DNA of 64,000 nucleotides from Lentisphaeria bacterium. Its GTDB lineage: Bacteria; Verrucomicrobiota; Lentisphaeria; Victivallales; Victivallaceae. Below, in pieces: positions 36,985-46,985 of this stretch. Where the stretch lies: the NCBI GenBank assembly GCA_017508385.1, contig JAFVZB010000008.1:32848-96847 (forward strand), written 5' to 3'. Below the pieces are notes generated by a model. The model had not been told where the DNA came from, did not search any database, and worked only from the letters and a program-made list of their open reading frames with translations. Numbering within the stretch: the first letter of the stretch is position 1; each line of letters opens with the position of its first letter. The translations under genes and the position numbers were made by a program.

Positions 36985-39900
36985 TTATTCAAGGTCGCTC
37001 GCCCGGTTGCCGAGCCACGGATAGTCGAGTCCTTTGAGCTGCCACGATATCCATTTTGCGTTGACGATATACAGCTTCACGGTTTTTCCTCTGAATTCAG
37101 GTGGAATATCAAGTGTGAACGCTGTGCTGTTGAAATCACCCGCAAGCTCCTGTTCGGGAATGGTGTATGCTTTTGTTGTCAGCATCCTGCCGTCGCAGGT
37201 TTCAATGCCTGCCGCGAGGATCTCTCCGGCTGAAACATTGTTTTTTTGTTTCCAGTTCCAAAAAACCGAGAGTTTTCCTGATTGTGGAGCTTTTATGTAG
37301 ATGGCTGTCGGAGCTGAACTGGTGTTGCGTGCTCCGAATGTGCGCTTTGATGACAGTCGTATTTTACACGGACTCGATATGCTTCCCCACGAGTCGTTGT
37401 TGAAAATAATTTCCGCCCTCAGAGCCTTGCGGTCAGGAGAGGTTGCTTTTATCTGCCTGTGTTCCCAGGTCACGTTGCCGTCAAGGCAGATGCTTGTGAG
37501 CAGTTTACCTGTGGAGCTGAAAATTTTGCAGGTCACATAGTCATCTTTGAGTTTTTTGTTCCAGTAGCGGAACATTCTGAAACGGTACAAATCGAGAGTA
37601 CACACTCCGTCTTTATCGGGAGTTATCTCGAATATGAACGGCTCATAGTTGTTGAAGAGTCTCTGCACTCCGGCAAACATCGCCAGAAAATGGTACGCAT
37701 CCGGAGTGTTTTTGTGCTCGGGAATATTGTAGTGTTTCATGGCGTAAAGTCCGCCGAGTATCCAGGCGATGTTGGCTGAGCGGTAGGATCTCGGGTCGAG
37801 CATCCTGTTGAGCAGCGGAGAGTCGTTTTTGCCCCGGTTGAGGAACTCTATCAGCTCAGGTCGGTCGTAACGCAGTGCGGCACGGGCTCCGATAAGGATA
37901 CTCATTACTCCGCGTCCGGCATCGGCGTAACCTGTCCACGGAGGCATTACTGTACGGTCTTGAGGCATATCGGGGATATCGGTGCGGTTAGCTTTGGCAA
38001 AACGCTGTACCTCTTCGGTCATGCGGTCGAGATACTTTTTATCCTCAGTGACCTCGTAGAGTTTTTCGAGAGCCTCGTAAGCGATAGCTCCGTAATACGC
38101 TGAACCGTCTGATTTTCCGCCGTGATTGTACTGTCTATCCATGGCTTGTTTCACCAGTTTGTTGCCGGTGATGCCGTAGATTTCGGCGAGGTGGTAGAGC
38201 ATACGGTGACGCTCTCTGCCTCTGGGATATTTCAGTGACGATTTGGAAATCAATACTGCCATTGCGCTCACTGATGACTCATAACTTCTGCGGTCTCCTG
38301 TGAGCAGATAGTGCCAGACAAGTCCGGTCAGCCAGAAGTGTCCGGTGTGGAAACTGTAACTGTTGTTGTTGAAGCCGTTGTGGGTGTGCACGGCGGTGGT
38401 TCCGTAACGGATGTGCGCCTGGTCAAGGTCGCGCTGGTGTCTGGCGTGGACTTCCGCTATTTTGAAATCGTCAACGCATCCGGTCATCAGGAAACGCACC
38501 CAGAGATTGCGGACAATGGCGGTTTCGTGGTTGTCGAAGTACCCCCGTGAACCGAAGTCACCGTACTCCCAGAAGCCGTAATAGTTGTTGACTTTCGAGA
38601 AGCGTTTCATGTCTTCAAAGGTCGTGTCGATGATATGCTTGGATTTCGGGAAGTATTTTGCCATCTCCTTTTGTGTGAGGAACTCATCAAAAACTCCGCT
38701 CTGCCTGATGTGGTCGGGGTCGGGGTGGATGATAGCATTTGAACTCAGCGGAACCGATTTGCTCTCAGGAGCGTAGTTGAACTTCATCGTTCCTGATATT
38801 CCGGCAAATAAATCGGCAAAAGCCGCTCCCTCTTCCGGGTAGTGGTAGAGACGGATTTTTCCATCTTTGAATCCGATGGCGCGCGGAGCAAGTTCGGCAA
38901 AATCGGTTATGTGGAACGAGGCGTTTCCGCTTTTTCCGCTGCCCGAAAGGGTCAGGTTTTCGATGACCTCTTTTTTGCCGTTGCGCACGGCGTACACATC
39001 ACGTTTGAAGTAGCCTGTTCTGGTGTTTCGCTGAACGAAAATAGCGTTTCCGCTGCCTGAAAATGAGTCAACTTTGTAACTGCTGCCTCCGGGAAGCTCA
39101 ATAAAAATCGAGCGCACCTGACGGGTCATGGAGTCCCCGGCTGTAAAGTTGTTTTCAAATGAGTAATCGACCATCATGTACGGCTGGTCTTTGATGAATG
39201 TAAGGCGCAGCTCCCAGGCGAGCAGGGCAGTTCCGCGCAGGAAAATTGTTGCTCTCTGAGGTCCGTTTTCGTCAATGCGCACGATTTGGGCAGGGGAGCG
39301 GTTTATTTTGCCGTCAATGCTCTGCACCGCACAAAATGCGTCACTTCCTTTCAGGAACGATGCCGCTTTCGGAGTGAGCACCAGTTTGAGTTTTCCTGTG
39401 TCGATATGTATCTCATCACCCTTTTGCGCTGCAATGGCTGGAAATCCTGATTTGAACTCTTTTTTGCCGTACTCAAGAAAGAACTCTTTTCTTTCGTTGG
39501 CTTTGAGCTGAGTGTTGAAGTCAACCGCGACAGAGATCACGCTTTTATCGGTCGTGACTCTGCGGGCGAGGGCAGTGAACTGCGCCGGAACTTCTCTGCC
39601 GTTTTTGTCGGTGACTCTCAGACATCTGACATCGAAAAGAGCTCCTTTTGCAAAGGTGATGCCTCCGCGTACGGGAATGTTCTGGTAATCAACGTTATCC
39701 TGGTTTACCGCATGGAAACTTACCCTGCCTGTCGTGGGGTTTTCAGGCAATTTGTCAGGTTCGGCAAGCGGAGCAAGCGGGAAACAGTCTCCGACGGATG
39801 TGTTGAAGTCAGTGCTTCTCTGAGGCTTGAAATCTGTCGGTTTTGTGCTGTTTTGTTCAAGCTGCAAGGCATCGATGAAAAGCGGAGATTTTCCGGTATT

Positions 39901-41235
39901 GCGGATGGTTGCAATATACAACGACTGACCTGCCCGGGGCTTTTGTTTGAGCGGAGATATAAAGTGATATCTTTTCCAACTGTTGTCGGCTGTGAATGAT
40001 TTTTTCCAGATATTGAAAGCGACCGGTCCGTGGATTTTTCCGAGTTGCTGTCTAAAATCGAGCTCAAAATTACCGTTTCCTTTGGCGTAGAGCGAAAAAA
40101 TCGCAGTTCTGCCGACGTGGTCGCAGGTCTGGATGGTGATAAATCCACCGGGAGCGATTTCAAGACTGCGTTTGCCGTGGAATTTTTCAGCGGTTGAAAA
40201 TTTCAATCCCGAAGCGAGCTTTTCGCTGTGGTAATCGCCCCATGAAACAAAGTTTCCACGTGGAGTTGAAGCCTCTTCAAAACTGGGGTCGGGAATGAGA
40301 TTTTTAGCATTGTCCTCGAGGTCGATATCGATTATACGGCACTTTCTGATGCTTTGTTTTCCGTCGATAGTAAAGGAAAGTTCCTCGAATTTCACCAGAT
40401 CGTGGTAGTGGGCGAACTTCGAGAGCGGAATTTTTATTCTTCTTGCTCCATTTTTGCTGGCGGTGATATGGTCGAGCTCAACCGTTTTTTTAGTGCCGTA
40501 ACTGGTGATGTCAATGGTGACAGGTGTGGATGTTCCGAGCTCAAAAGCCATGGCTCCGAACTCAGGAGTCGAGCCGAGCAGTTCGTAAAATTTTCCGTTC
40601 TGACAGCGCAGGGTCAATGTTCCCTTGCCTTCAAGAATGAATGTGTCATTTTTTAAATTTGCTTTGAGTCCGTCTGAACACTTCCAGTTCCAGAAGAGCT
40701 TGTTTTTTCCGACACTGAGAAATGAGCCTGTGCCGCAGTTCCAAATCGGGCTTCCAGCTGCTCTGGTTTCAAGTTTGATGTTGCGGAAGAGAGCTTCTCC
40801 TGCTCTGTTCCAGCTTCTTGCCGCCTCTATCGAAGCGTAAAGTGTGAATGTGTTTTCCGGTATGTCAAGGGCACATTCGATCGACACCGGAGCGTGTTTG
40901 CCTCTGAACGGCAGTGAGCTCCTTTTCGAGAAACGTTTGCCGTCTCTGGTTTTTCCATAGAGCGAGAGACCCACCACATCAGGACGGTCGGAGTAGAGCT
41001 GTTCGACATCAGCTGATATCACCAGCTGTTTTCCGGCAAAGTTTTTGATTTCAGCTTTGGAAAACTTGCGCACGATCGCCGCAGTTTTCGGCTTTCTGGT
41101 CTTGCGTGCAAGGTAAAGAGTTCTATCTTTGTACTCAACTTTTTCCAGATTTTGAGCGTTCCACTGTTTGAGGTCGAAACTGCTCGCCTGGAATATGAGC
41201 AGCAAAAACGCTGTAAATGTAAAGAGAAATTTCAT
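36985..41235 (-). CDS. large secreted multi-domain protein: CBM-like jelly-roll modules plus a PcRGLX/YetA-like (PL26-like) region
   Basis: 1416 aa with signal peptide [22 protein letters not shown]4/9-like segment LIPDPSFEE...W...[18 protein letters not shown]...[13 protein letters not shown] resembles the PcRGLX N-terminal barrel, and [24 protein letters not shown] resembles its alpha/alpha-toroid region. Family call is from memory and unverified. Confidence 0.55.
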   Translation of the reverse strand: MKFLFTFTAFLLLIFQASSFDLKQWNAQNLEKVEYKDRTLYLARKTRKPKTAAIVRKFSKAEIKNFAGKQLVISADVEQLYSDRPDVVGLSLYGKTRDGKRFSKRSSLPFRGKHAPVSIECALDIPENTFTLYASIEAARSWNRAGEALFRNIKLETRAAGSPIWNCGTGSFLSVGKNKLFWNWKCSDGLKANLKNDTFILEGKGTLTLRCQNGKFYELLGSTPEFGAMAFELGTSTPVTIDITSYGTKKTVELDHITASKNGARRIKIPLSKFAHYHDLVKFEELSFTIDGKQSIRKCRIIDIDLEDNAKNLIPDPSFEEASTPRGNFVSWGDYHSEKLASGLKFSTAEKFHGKRSLEIAPGGFITIQTCDHVGRTAIFSLYAKGNGNFELDFRQQLGKIHGPVAFNIWKKSFTADNSWKRYHFISPLKQKPRAGQSLYIATIRNTGKSPLFIDALQLEQNSTKPTDFKPQRSTDFNTSVGDCFPLAPLAEPDKLPENPTTGRVSFHAVNQDNVDYQNIPVRGGITFAKGALFDVRCLRVTDKNGREVPAQFTALARRVTTDKSVISVAVDFNTQLKANERKEFFLEYGKKEFKSGFPAIAAQKGDEIHIDTGKLKLVLTPKAASFLKGSDAFCAVQSIDGKINRSPAQIVRIDENGPQRATIFLRGTALLAWELRLTFIKDQPYMMVDYSFENNFTAGDSMTRQVRSIFIELPGGSSYKVDSFSGSGNAIFVQRNTRTGYFKRDVYAVRNGKKEVIENLTLSGSGKSGNASFHITDFAELAPRAIGFKDGKIRLYHYPEEGAAFADLFAGISGTMKFNYAPESKSVPLSSNAIIHPDPDHIRQSGVFDEFLTQKEMAKYFPKSKHIIDTTFEDMKRFSKVNNYYGFWEYGDFGSRGYFDNHETAIVRNLWVRFLMTGCVDDFKIAEVHARHQRDLDQAHIRYGTTAVHTHNGFNNNSYSFHTGHFWLTGLVWHYLLTGDRRSYESSVSAMAVLISKSSLKYPRGRERHRMLYHLAEIYGITGNKLVKQAMDRQYNHGGKSDGSAYYGAIAYEALEKLYEVTEDKKYLDRMTEEVQRFAKANRTDIPDMPQDRTVMPPWTGYADAGRGVMSILIGARAALRYDRPELIEFLNRGKNDSPLLNRMLDPRSYRSANIAWILGGLYAMKHYNIPEHKNTPDAYHFLAMFAGVQRLFNNYEPFIFEITPDKDGVCTLDLYRFRMFRYWNKKLKDDYVTCKIFSSTGKLLTSICLDGNVTWEHRQIKATSPDRKALRAEIIFNNDSWGSISSPCKIRLSSKRTFGARNTSSAPTAIYIKAPQSGKLSVFWNWKQKNNVSAGEILAAGIETCDGRMLTTKAYTIPEQELAGDFNSTAFTLDIPPEFRGKTVKLYIVNAKWISWQLKGLDYPWLGNRASDLE

Positions 41236-42188
41236 TTTTCACCTTCCCGTCTGCCCCAGAAAATACAGTCTTCTGCGGTGGCATAGGATTTGTATTTGTT
41301 ATAATATGGAATATCTGCTAGGGTATTGACGTTGAGTTTAGCTCCGGCGTGACCGTCAATAAAGACTATCTGGAGAGTTCCTGCATGGCGTTCAGCTCCT
41401 GCCAGTATCAGGGGATGATCTTCTTCTTTTTCGTTGCCGAGAACTGAGCACACTACTGTGTTGGTGGTCAGGGGAGAGAGGTCGGTGTCGAGAAACAGTA
41501 CGCTTCTTGATGGATAACGGATTTTTCTTACCTGCATTCCGCTCAGAAGCTCGTTGTAGCCGTAACTTGTTTCAACTGTTGCGGAGCTCGGAGCAACTAC
41601 TGCATCAGCCGGGCAGGCGAGTATCGGAGCATAATGTGTGCCATCAGGTCTTTTTATCCATTGAATGTATTTTTTGTTGGCAAGCAATCCTTCGAGCTGG
41701 TCAGGACGGTTCCACCATTTGAGGCTGGTCTGGGAACCTGTTTTGGTCGGTGCTCTGTGACGCATTAAAACGCCGTTGCTGTCATGGGTGTAATTTGCCA
41801 TGGCGAGTCCGATGGATTTCAGATTGTTCTGACATGCTGCTCCCTGAGCACGCAGTTTTGCACTTTGCAAGGCAGGCATGAGTATAGCCGCCAATATGGC
41901 GATAATCGCAATGACAACCAATAGTTCTATAAGGGTAAAGGAATACGCGGGAAGAGAGGGAAACTTCTTTTCACGAGAAAAGAAGTTTCCCTCTCTCCCC
42001 GCACCCCTCTCACCCTTCAAGAAAAGCGGAGTACTTTTTTGAAAACAATATAACGGTGAAACACATATTTGACAAGTTTTGCTCACAAGAAGTTCGATGA
42101 GGGTGAAACGGAATTCAAAGCGTGAGAGTTTCACCTGTTTCTTATTCATACCGGAGGCGTTTGATACGGAGCAGGGGGACTTTTTCAT
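41232..42188 (-). CDS. prepilin-type N-terminal domain / H-X9-DG family pseudopilin-like protein with duplicated leader
   Basis: [24 protein letters not shown] followed by a C-terminal [12 protein letters not shown] (H-X9-DG). An extra upstream in-frame FTLIELLV is present. AGGAAAAGG RBS before ATG 42188. The TGA overlaps the downstream ATG (ATGA). Confidence 0.75.
   Translation of the reverse strand: MKKSPCSVSNASGMNKKQVKLSRFEFRFTLIELLVSKTCQICVSPLYCFQKSTPLFLKGERGAGREGNFFSREKKFPSLPAYSFTLIELLVVIAIIAILAAILMPALQSAKLRAQGAACQNNLKSIGLAMANYTHDSNGVLMRHRAPTKTGSQTSLKWWNRPDQLEGLLANKKYIQWIKRPDGTHYAPILACPADAVVAPSSATVETSYGYNELLSGMQVRKIRYPSRSVLFLDTDLSPLTTNTVVCSVLGNEKEEDHPLILAGAERHAGTLQIVFIDGHAGAKLNVNTLADIPYYNKYKSYATAEDCIFWGRREGEK
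41947..42040 (+). repeat. palindromic repeat element, copy 1 (inside the pseudopilin coding frame, antisense orientation)
   Basis: Arms 41947-41972 and 41977-42002 give 26 pairing positions with one mismatch and a 4-nt loop. Tail GCACCCCTCTCACCCTTCAAGAAAAGCGGAGTACTTTTTT follows. Confidence 0.85.
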
Positions 42189-42218
42189 GGCACCTTTTCC
42201 TTTTTTTATTGTTGATGT

Positions 42219-43310
42219 TTACAAACTCTCTCTCTTAATGACTCCGACCGGCAGCAGTTCTGAAACTGACCGGCGCTTTTCAACGACATCCATAAGGATT
42301 TTCACTGCGTTGCGGCTGAGCAAATCGGAATCGATTTTTACCGTGGTCAGGGCTGGATTTGAGTAGGCTGAAAATCCGATTCCTCCAAATCCGGATACTG
42401 CAAAATCGTCTGGAACTCTGTAACCGAACCTGCGCAGGGAGCTTATCACTTTGATCGCAACGTAGTCATTGCAGCAGATGAAAGTTGCTCCATGATTTTC
42501 GGGAACAGCTATCTCTCTGAGTTGTTCGTGAATGAGCGGATGGTGGTCAAAATGGTTGAAATCCAGGTGGAAGAAGTTGTCGTATCTGATGTTTTTGCCG
42601 TAATCGACAATGGTGTATTGTATTCCGGCTTTTTTTGCCGCCCGCTCAAAACAAATTTTGCGCCAGCGGTGGGATGAGTTGTGTTCCTGGGTGATGAAGA
42701 ATACCGGAGCTTTTCTTTGAGCGGCAAGTTCGAGCAGCCGGCTGAATCCCATTTCGGCATCAGGAGCTGTGACTGGAATTGTTCCCTCTTCGGGATTTCC
42801 GTCAACTATAACTGCATTTTTGAAGAGTTCCTCAAGGAAACAGTAGTTGTTTTTCAGTGTCTGAAAGCCGGAATCAATGATAACTCCGTCATACTTCATG
42901 TTTTTGAAGAGCTCTTTTGCTTCGTCAGGCGTGTGAAACTCTTTGGAAAACACTGAAAAATCAAGATTGAACTCTCTGGTTTGAGCCTCGGCTCCGAAAA
43001 TAATATCGCTGTAATAGCTGTCGGTGACATCGTATTGCAGAATTCTTGTGTAGTGATTTATCAGGCAAAAACGGTTGTGGAGTATTCCGCTGCCGTCACT
43101 TTTGATGAAAGTTCCCTTGCCCGGATAAGTCTCAAGAATGTTATCCTCGACCATCAACCTTATCGCTTTGCGGACAGATGTGCGGGAAACTCCCAGCTTT
43201 TCGCAGAGCAGGTTTTCGGAATAAATCGCTTCGCCGACCTTCATTTTACCCTCAGAGATGCACTCCCTGAGAAATGCCGCCACCTGAAGATAAATTTTAT
43301 CCTTTGCCAT
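42219..43310 (-). CDS. transcriptional regulator, GntR-type HTH fused to a LacI/PBP-like sugar-binding domain
   Basis: HTH LLCEKLGVSRTSVRKAIRLMVEDNILETYPGKGTFI plus a PBP-like domain. Same architecture as 22553-23608. Confidence 0.8.
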   Translation of the reverse strand: MAKDKIYLQVAAFLRECISEGKMKVGEAIYSENLLCEKLGVSRTSVRKAIRLMVEDNILETYPGKGTFIKSDGSGILHNRFCLINHYTRILQYDVTDSYYSDIIFGAEAQTREFNLDFSVFSKEFHTPDEAKELFKNMKYDGVIIDSGFQTLKNNYCFLEELFKNAVIVDGNPEEGTIPVTAPDAEMGFSRLLELAAQRKAPVFFITQEHNSSHRWRKICFERAAKKAGIQYTIVDYGKNIRYDNFFHLDFNHFDHHPLIHEQLREIAVPENHGATFICCNDYVAIKVISSLRRFGYRVPDDFAVSGFGGIGFSAYSNPALTTVKIDSDLLSRNAVKILMDVVEKRRSVSELLPVGVIKRESL

Positions 43311-43313
43311 TTT

Positions 43314-43383
43314 TAACCTGTTTCTGTTAAAGGTTTATAATTGTGTTACAGGTTATTATATCACAAGTTTTTTATTAATACAA
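43314..43383 (-). promoter_or_regulatory. extended -10 promoter (TTGTAT-N17-TGATATAAT) with downstream inverted repeat TAACCTGT-N26-ACAGGTTA
   Basis: On the minus strand, -35 at 43383-43378 and -10 at 43360-43355, preceded by TGA. Inverted repeat arms at 43314-43321 and 43348-43355, between the -10 and ATG 43310. Confidence 0.4.
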
Positions 43384-43500
43384 GTGGCAGTAAAAAATTT
43401 TTTCAAAAAAATTGTTGCAGTTCCAAAAAGGCAGAGGTATAAAAAACAGCTCATCCCGAAAAAAAAGCGTAAAAAAGTCCGGCTCAGAAACACAAGCGTA

Positions 43501-43600
43501 AAAAAAGTACTCCGCTTTTCTTGAAAAGGGAAGGGGGGTGCAGGGGGGAAGGGGAAAACTTCTTTTCCCGTCGAAAAGAAGTTTTCCCCTTCCCCCCTGC
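43501..43600 (-). repeat. palindromic repeat element, copy 2 (inverted relative to copies 1 and 3)
   Basis: Perfect 27-28 bp arms 43540-43567 and 43573-43600 with 5-nt loop. The conserved tail is present as its reverse complement at 43501-43539. Lies directly downstream of the hydG-like stop codon. Confidence 0.85.
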
Positions 43601-43619
43601 GTCATCACATTGCCTATTA

Positions 43620-45044
43620 TCAAAACCTGAAGTCGCGTTCGCCGGTGGAGATTTTTTTGATGAACTCTTTGGCGGTTTTACGGGCGGTTTCGTTGGGGAT
43701 TTTTTCGAGTTCGCGCTCGATGACTTTGAGGCCTTTGGCTTTGGTATCGTCTGAGGCGTAGTCTTCGAGGTACTCTTTGAGGGTGATGATGGCGTTGGGG
43801 TGGCAGCAGTTGCTGATTTGTCCGGATTTAGCGAGGGACATGAAGCGGTCACCTGTTCTGCCCTCACGGTAGCAGGCGGTGCAGAAGCTCGGGATATATC
43901 CGAGTTCGAGCAGCCAGTTTACTACCTGGTCGAGGGTACGGCGGTCGCTCAGCTCGAACTGGGCTGAGTTATCCTCTTCTTCCTCCTCTTCGGCGTAGCC
44001 TCCGACGCTGGTGCGTGAGCCTCCGCTGATTTGGGAAACTCCGAGTTCGAGGACACGTTTGCGAGCCTCTTTGCTCTCACGGGTGGAGACGATGAGTCCG
44101 GTGTAGGGAACGGCTATTCTCAGCACTGCCACGATTTTGGCGAAGGTGTCGTCGTCGATGCCGTTGCTGAAAGCGTTGGGGTCGATGTCATCGGCTTTGC
44201 GGATGCGGGGAACGCTCATGGTGTGCGGACCTACTCCTTTAGCCGCCTCGAGGTGTTCAGCGTGCATGAGCATGCCGACAAAATCATAGCGGTAGAGATT
44301 GAGTCCGAAGAGGACACCGCAGCCGACGTCGTCGATACCGCCATCCATGGCTCTATCCATCGCCTCGGTGTGCCAGGCGTAGTCGTGTTTCGGACCTGCG
44401 GGGTGGAGCTCTTCGTAGGTCTTGCGGTGGTAGGTTTCCTGAAAGAGGATATAAGTACCTATTCCGGCATCCTTGAGTTTGCGGTAGTTTTCGACCGTGG
44501 TGGCGGCGATGTTGACGTTGACACGGCGGATGGCTCCGTTTTTATGCTTGATGCTGTAAATGGTTTTGATGCTTTCGAGCACATATTCGATGGGATTGTT
44601 CACCGGGTCTTCTCCGGTCTCGAGGGCGAGGCGTTTGTGACCCATATCCTGCAGGGCGATGACCTCTTTAACGATATCCTCCTGAGAGAGCTTCACCCGG
44701 CGGATGTTTTTGTTTTTGATGTGATATGGGCAGTAAACGCAGCTGTTCACGCTGTAGTTCGACAGATACAGCGGAGCGAACATCACGATGCGGCTGCCGT
44801 AAATGCGCTCTTTGATTTGCTTTGCCAGAGCGAAAATCTTTTCGTTCTGTTCGGGAAGGTCGCAGTCGAGCAGAACGGCGGCTTCACGGTGGGATAATCC
44901 CTTGCAGAGAGCCGCCTTTTCTATAAGTTGGTCGATGAGTTCACGGTTTGAACGGTTGGCTTTGGCGTACTCGAGAGTCGCCAGGATTTCTCCGTCGTTG
45001 ATAAATTCGTCTGCGATGTTTGACATCACATCATAGCGGTACAT
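43620..45044 (-). CDS. hydG: HydG-like radical SAM protein ([FeFe]-hydrogenase maturase / tyrosine lyase family) with atypical cluster motif
   Basis: 474 aa. PLYLSNYSVNSCVYCPYH aligns with the recalled HydG consensus PLYLSNYCVNGCVYCPYH. C-terminal CTACYREGRTGDRFM...NCCHPNA (CX2CX22C). First radical-SAM Cys is Ser. Confidence 0.75.
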   Translation of the reverse strand: MYRYDVMSNIADEFINDGEILATLEYAKANRSNRELIDQLIEKAALCKGLSHREAAVLLDCDLPEQNEKIFALAKQIKERIYGSRIVMFAPLYLSNYSVNSCVYCPYHIKNKNIRRVKLSQEDIVKEVIALQDMGHKRLALETGEDPVNNPIEYVLESIKTIYSIKHKNGAIRRVNVNIAATTVENYRKLKDAGIGTYILFQETYHRKTYEELHPAGPKHDYAWHTEAMDRAMDGGIDDVGCGVLFGLNLYRYDFVGMLMHAEHLEAAKGVGPHTMSVPRIRKADDIDPNAFSNGIDDDTFAKIVAVLRIAVPYTGLIVSTRESKEARKRVLELGVSQISGGSRTSVGGYAEEEEEEDNSAQFELSDRRTLDQVVNWLLELGYIPSFCTACYREGRTGDRFMSLAKSGQISNCCHPNAIITLKEYLEDYASDDTKAKGLKVIERELEKIPNETARKTAKEFIKKISTGERDFRF

Positions 45045-45126
45045 AATACAATTTCTCCTCGTTTTGAATATACCGCCAATTAATATAATATCAGTTACTT
45101 ATTTATCAAGCTCACGGAGTGTTTTT

Positions 45127-45702
45127 TTACCAGTTTTCTGCGTTGAGCTCAAAATATCCGCGGTCGTGTGCGCATGCCGGACAGGTTTTCGGAGCATCGT
45201 AAGCAACGTGCAGATATCCGCAATTACGGCATTTCCAGACCACGATGCGGTCACGCCGGAACACCTGATCCTTCTCGATGTTTCCGAGGAGCTCGCGGTA
45301 GCGTTTTTCGTGCTGTTTTTCGGATATGATGACGTGTTCCCAGACATCGGCGATTTTGTCAAGACCCTCTTTTCTTGCGATGTCGGCGAAGGCGGGATAG
45401 AGATTGTGCCACTCGTCGTACTCACCGTCGGCGGCGTGGGCAAGATTTTTTTCGGTGGAGCGTATCAGACCGGCGGGGAAAGTTGCGGTTATTTCGAGCT
45501 CTCCGCCCTCGAGGAATTTGAAGAAGCGTTCAGCGTGTTCCTTTTCCTGATCGGCGGTCTCGGCAAAGATGCTGCTGATCTGCATGAGGTTCTCTTTTTT
45601 CGCCTGAGATGCAAAAAAGGTGTAGCGGTTGCGCGCCTGGCTCTCTCCGGCAAAGGATTTGAGCAGATTGACTTCGGTCTGGGTGCCTTTGAGTTTCGAC
45701 AT
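45127..45702 (-). CDS. rbr: rubrerythrin
   Basis: Ferritin-like diiron helices (FAGESQARNRY, EKEHAERF) plus a C-terminal rubredoxin-like WKCRNCGY...CPACAH. Confidence 0.92.
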   Translation of the reverse strand: MSKLKGTQTEVNLLKSFAGESQARNRYTFFASQAKKENLMQISSIFAETADQEKEHAERFFKFLEGGELEITATFPAGLIRSTEKNLAHAADGEYDEWHNLYPAFADIARKEGLDKIADVWEHVIISEKQHEKRYRELLGNIEKDQVFRRDRIVVWKCRNCGYLHVAYDAPKTCPACAHDRGYFELNAENW

Positions 45703-45728
45703 AAGAGTTTCTCCTTGTTTGGGTGAAT

Positions 45729-45756
45729 AAAAAAGCCGGAGAAAATCATCCCCGGC
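45729..45756 (-). terminator. possible terminator downstream of the GH130 gene
   Basis: 5-bp stem GCCGG/CCGGC (45735-45739 with 45752-45756) followed on the minus strand by a T-run (plus-strand A-run 45729-45734). Weak stem. Confidence 0.35.
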
Positions 45757-45787
45757 ATATTACAAGTTAAACTCTTTTTGCGAAATA

Positions 45788-46969
45788 TCAATAGCAGATG
45801 TTCTCGTTTTTCCTGATCAGTGCTATTCTCTGCTCGACGCACTTTCTGCTGGTCAGCGGGTCAGCCGGAGTGTTCTTTACCCAGTCGCAGAGTTTGTCGA
45901 TGGTCGAGGTGGCAACGTGCATTCTGGTGTCGCTCGAGGCGTAGTAGAGGAACACTTTGCCATCTTCATCGACGATCATTCCGTTGCTGAATACCACGTT
46001 TGAGACGTCTCCGATGCGCTCACTCTGCCACGGAGCAAGGAAGTACCCTCCGGGGGAGTATATCACTTTTGACGGGTCATCGAGTGAAGTCATGAATGCG
46101 TAGAGCACATAACGCAATCCGGCGGCGGTGTTGCGCACTCCGTGGGCGATGTGGAGCCAGCCGTCTTTGGTCTTTACCGGAGTTGCTCCGCAACCGTTCT
46201 TCACCTCTTTTACCGTGTGGTAGATTTTTGCATCGACCAGCTTTTCATCGGTGAGCACGGCGTTTTCTATCGAGTCGCTCAATCCCCAGGCGATGCCTCC
46301 GCCTGAACCGGCATCGATAAATCCATCCTGCGGACGGGTGTAAAAGGCGTATTTGCCATTGACAAACTCAGGATGAAGCACCACGTTGCGCTGCTGCGGA
46401 CCCGGAGTTTTCAGGTCGGCAAGACGCTCCCAGTTGTCGAAATCCTTTGTTCTGACTATTCCGCAGGCGGCGACTGCGCTTGAGGTGTCTCCTGCCGGAG
46501 CTGCGGAGTCCTTGCGCTCGGTGCAGAACAAACCGTATATCCAGCCATCCTCGTGGCGGGTCAGGCGCATGTCATAGACGTTGGTATCCTCGTCATCGGT
46601 CTGGTCGATGAGGACGGGGTATTTTCTGAACTTGAAGTTGTCGATTCCGTTGTCACTTTCTGCCACGGCGAAGAAACTCTTGCGGTCGTATCCCTCGATA
46701 CGGCAGACCAGAAGATACTTGCCGTTGAACTTGACAGCTCCCGAGTTCATCACCGCATTGATGCCCAGACGCTCCATGCCGTAGGGATTGGTGTTGATAT
46801 CAAGGTCGTAACGCCACTCGAGCGGAATATGTTCCGCAGTCACCACCGGGTCAACGTAACGCTCGAAACAGCCGTTGTACCAGTTGGTGTCTATCACGTT
46901 TTTGCGGCTTACCAGCTCTTCGTGGCGTTTTGCCATTTCCTGAAACTCTTTTGAAAACTTGGAATACAT
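45788..46969 (-). CDS. GH130 family beta-mannoside phosphorylase (4-O-beta-D-mannosyl-D-glucose phosphorylase-like)
   Basis: 393 aa. N-terminal region [27 protein letters not shown] and the overall pattern resemble GH130_1 phosphorylases. Confidence 0.8.
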   Translation of the reverse strand: MYSKFSKEFQEMAKRHEELVSRKNVIDTNWYNGCFERYVDPVVTAEHIPLEWRYDLDINTNPYGMERLGINAVMNSGAVKFNGKYLLVCRIEGYDRKSFFAVAESDNGIDNFKFRKYPVLIDQTDDEDTNVYDMRLTRHEDGWIYGLFCTERKDSAAPAGDTSSAVAACGIVRTKDFDNWERLADLKTPGPQQRNVVLHPEFVNGKYAFYTRPQDGFIDAGSGGGIAWGLSDSIENAVLTDEKLVDAKIYHTVKEVKNGCGATPVKTKDGWLHIAHGVRNTAAGLRYVLYAFMTSLDDPSKVIYSPGGYFLAPWQSERIGDVSNVVFSNGMIVDEDGKVFLYYASSDTRMHVATSTIDKLCDWVKNTPADPLTSRKCVEQRIALIRKNENICY

Positions 46970-46985
46970 TTTAACCTCTGCTGTT

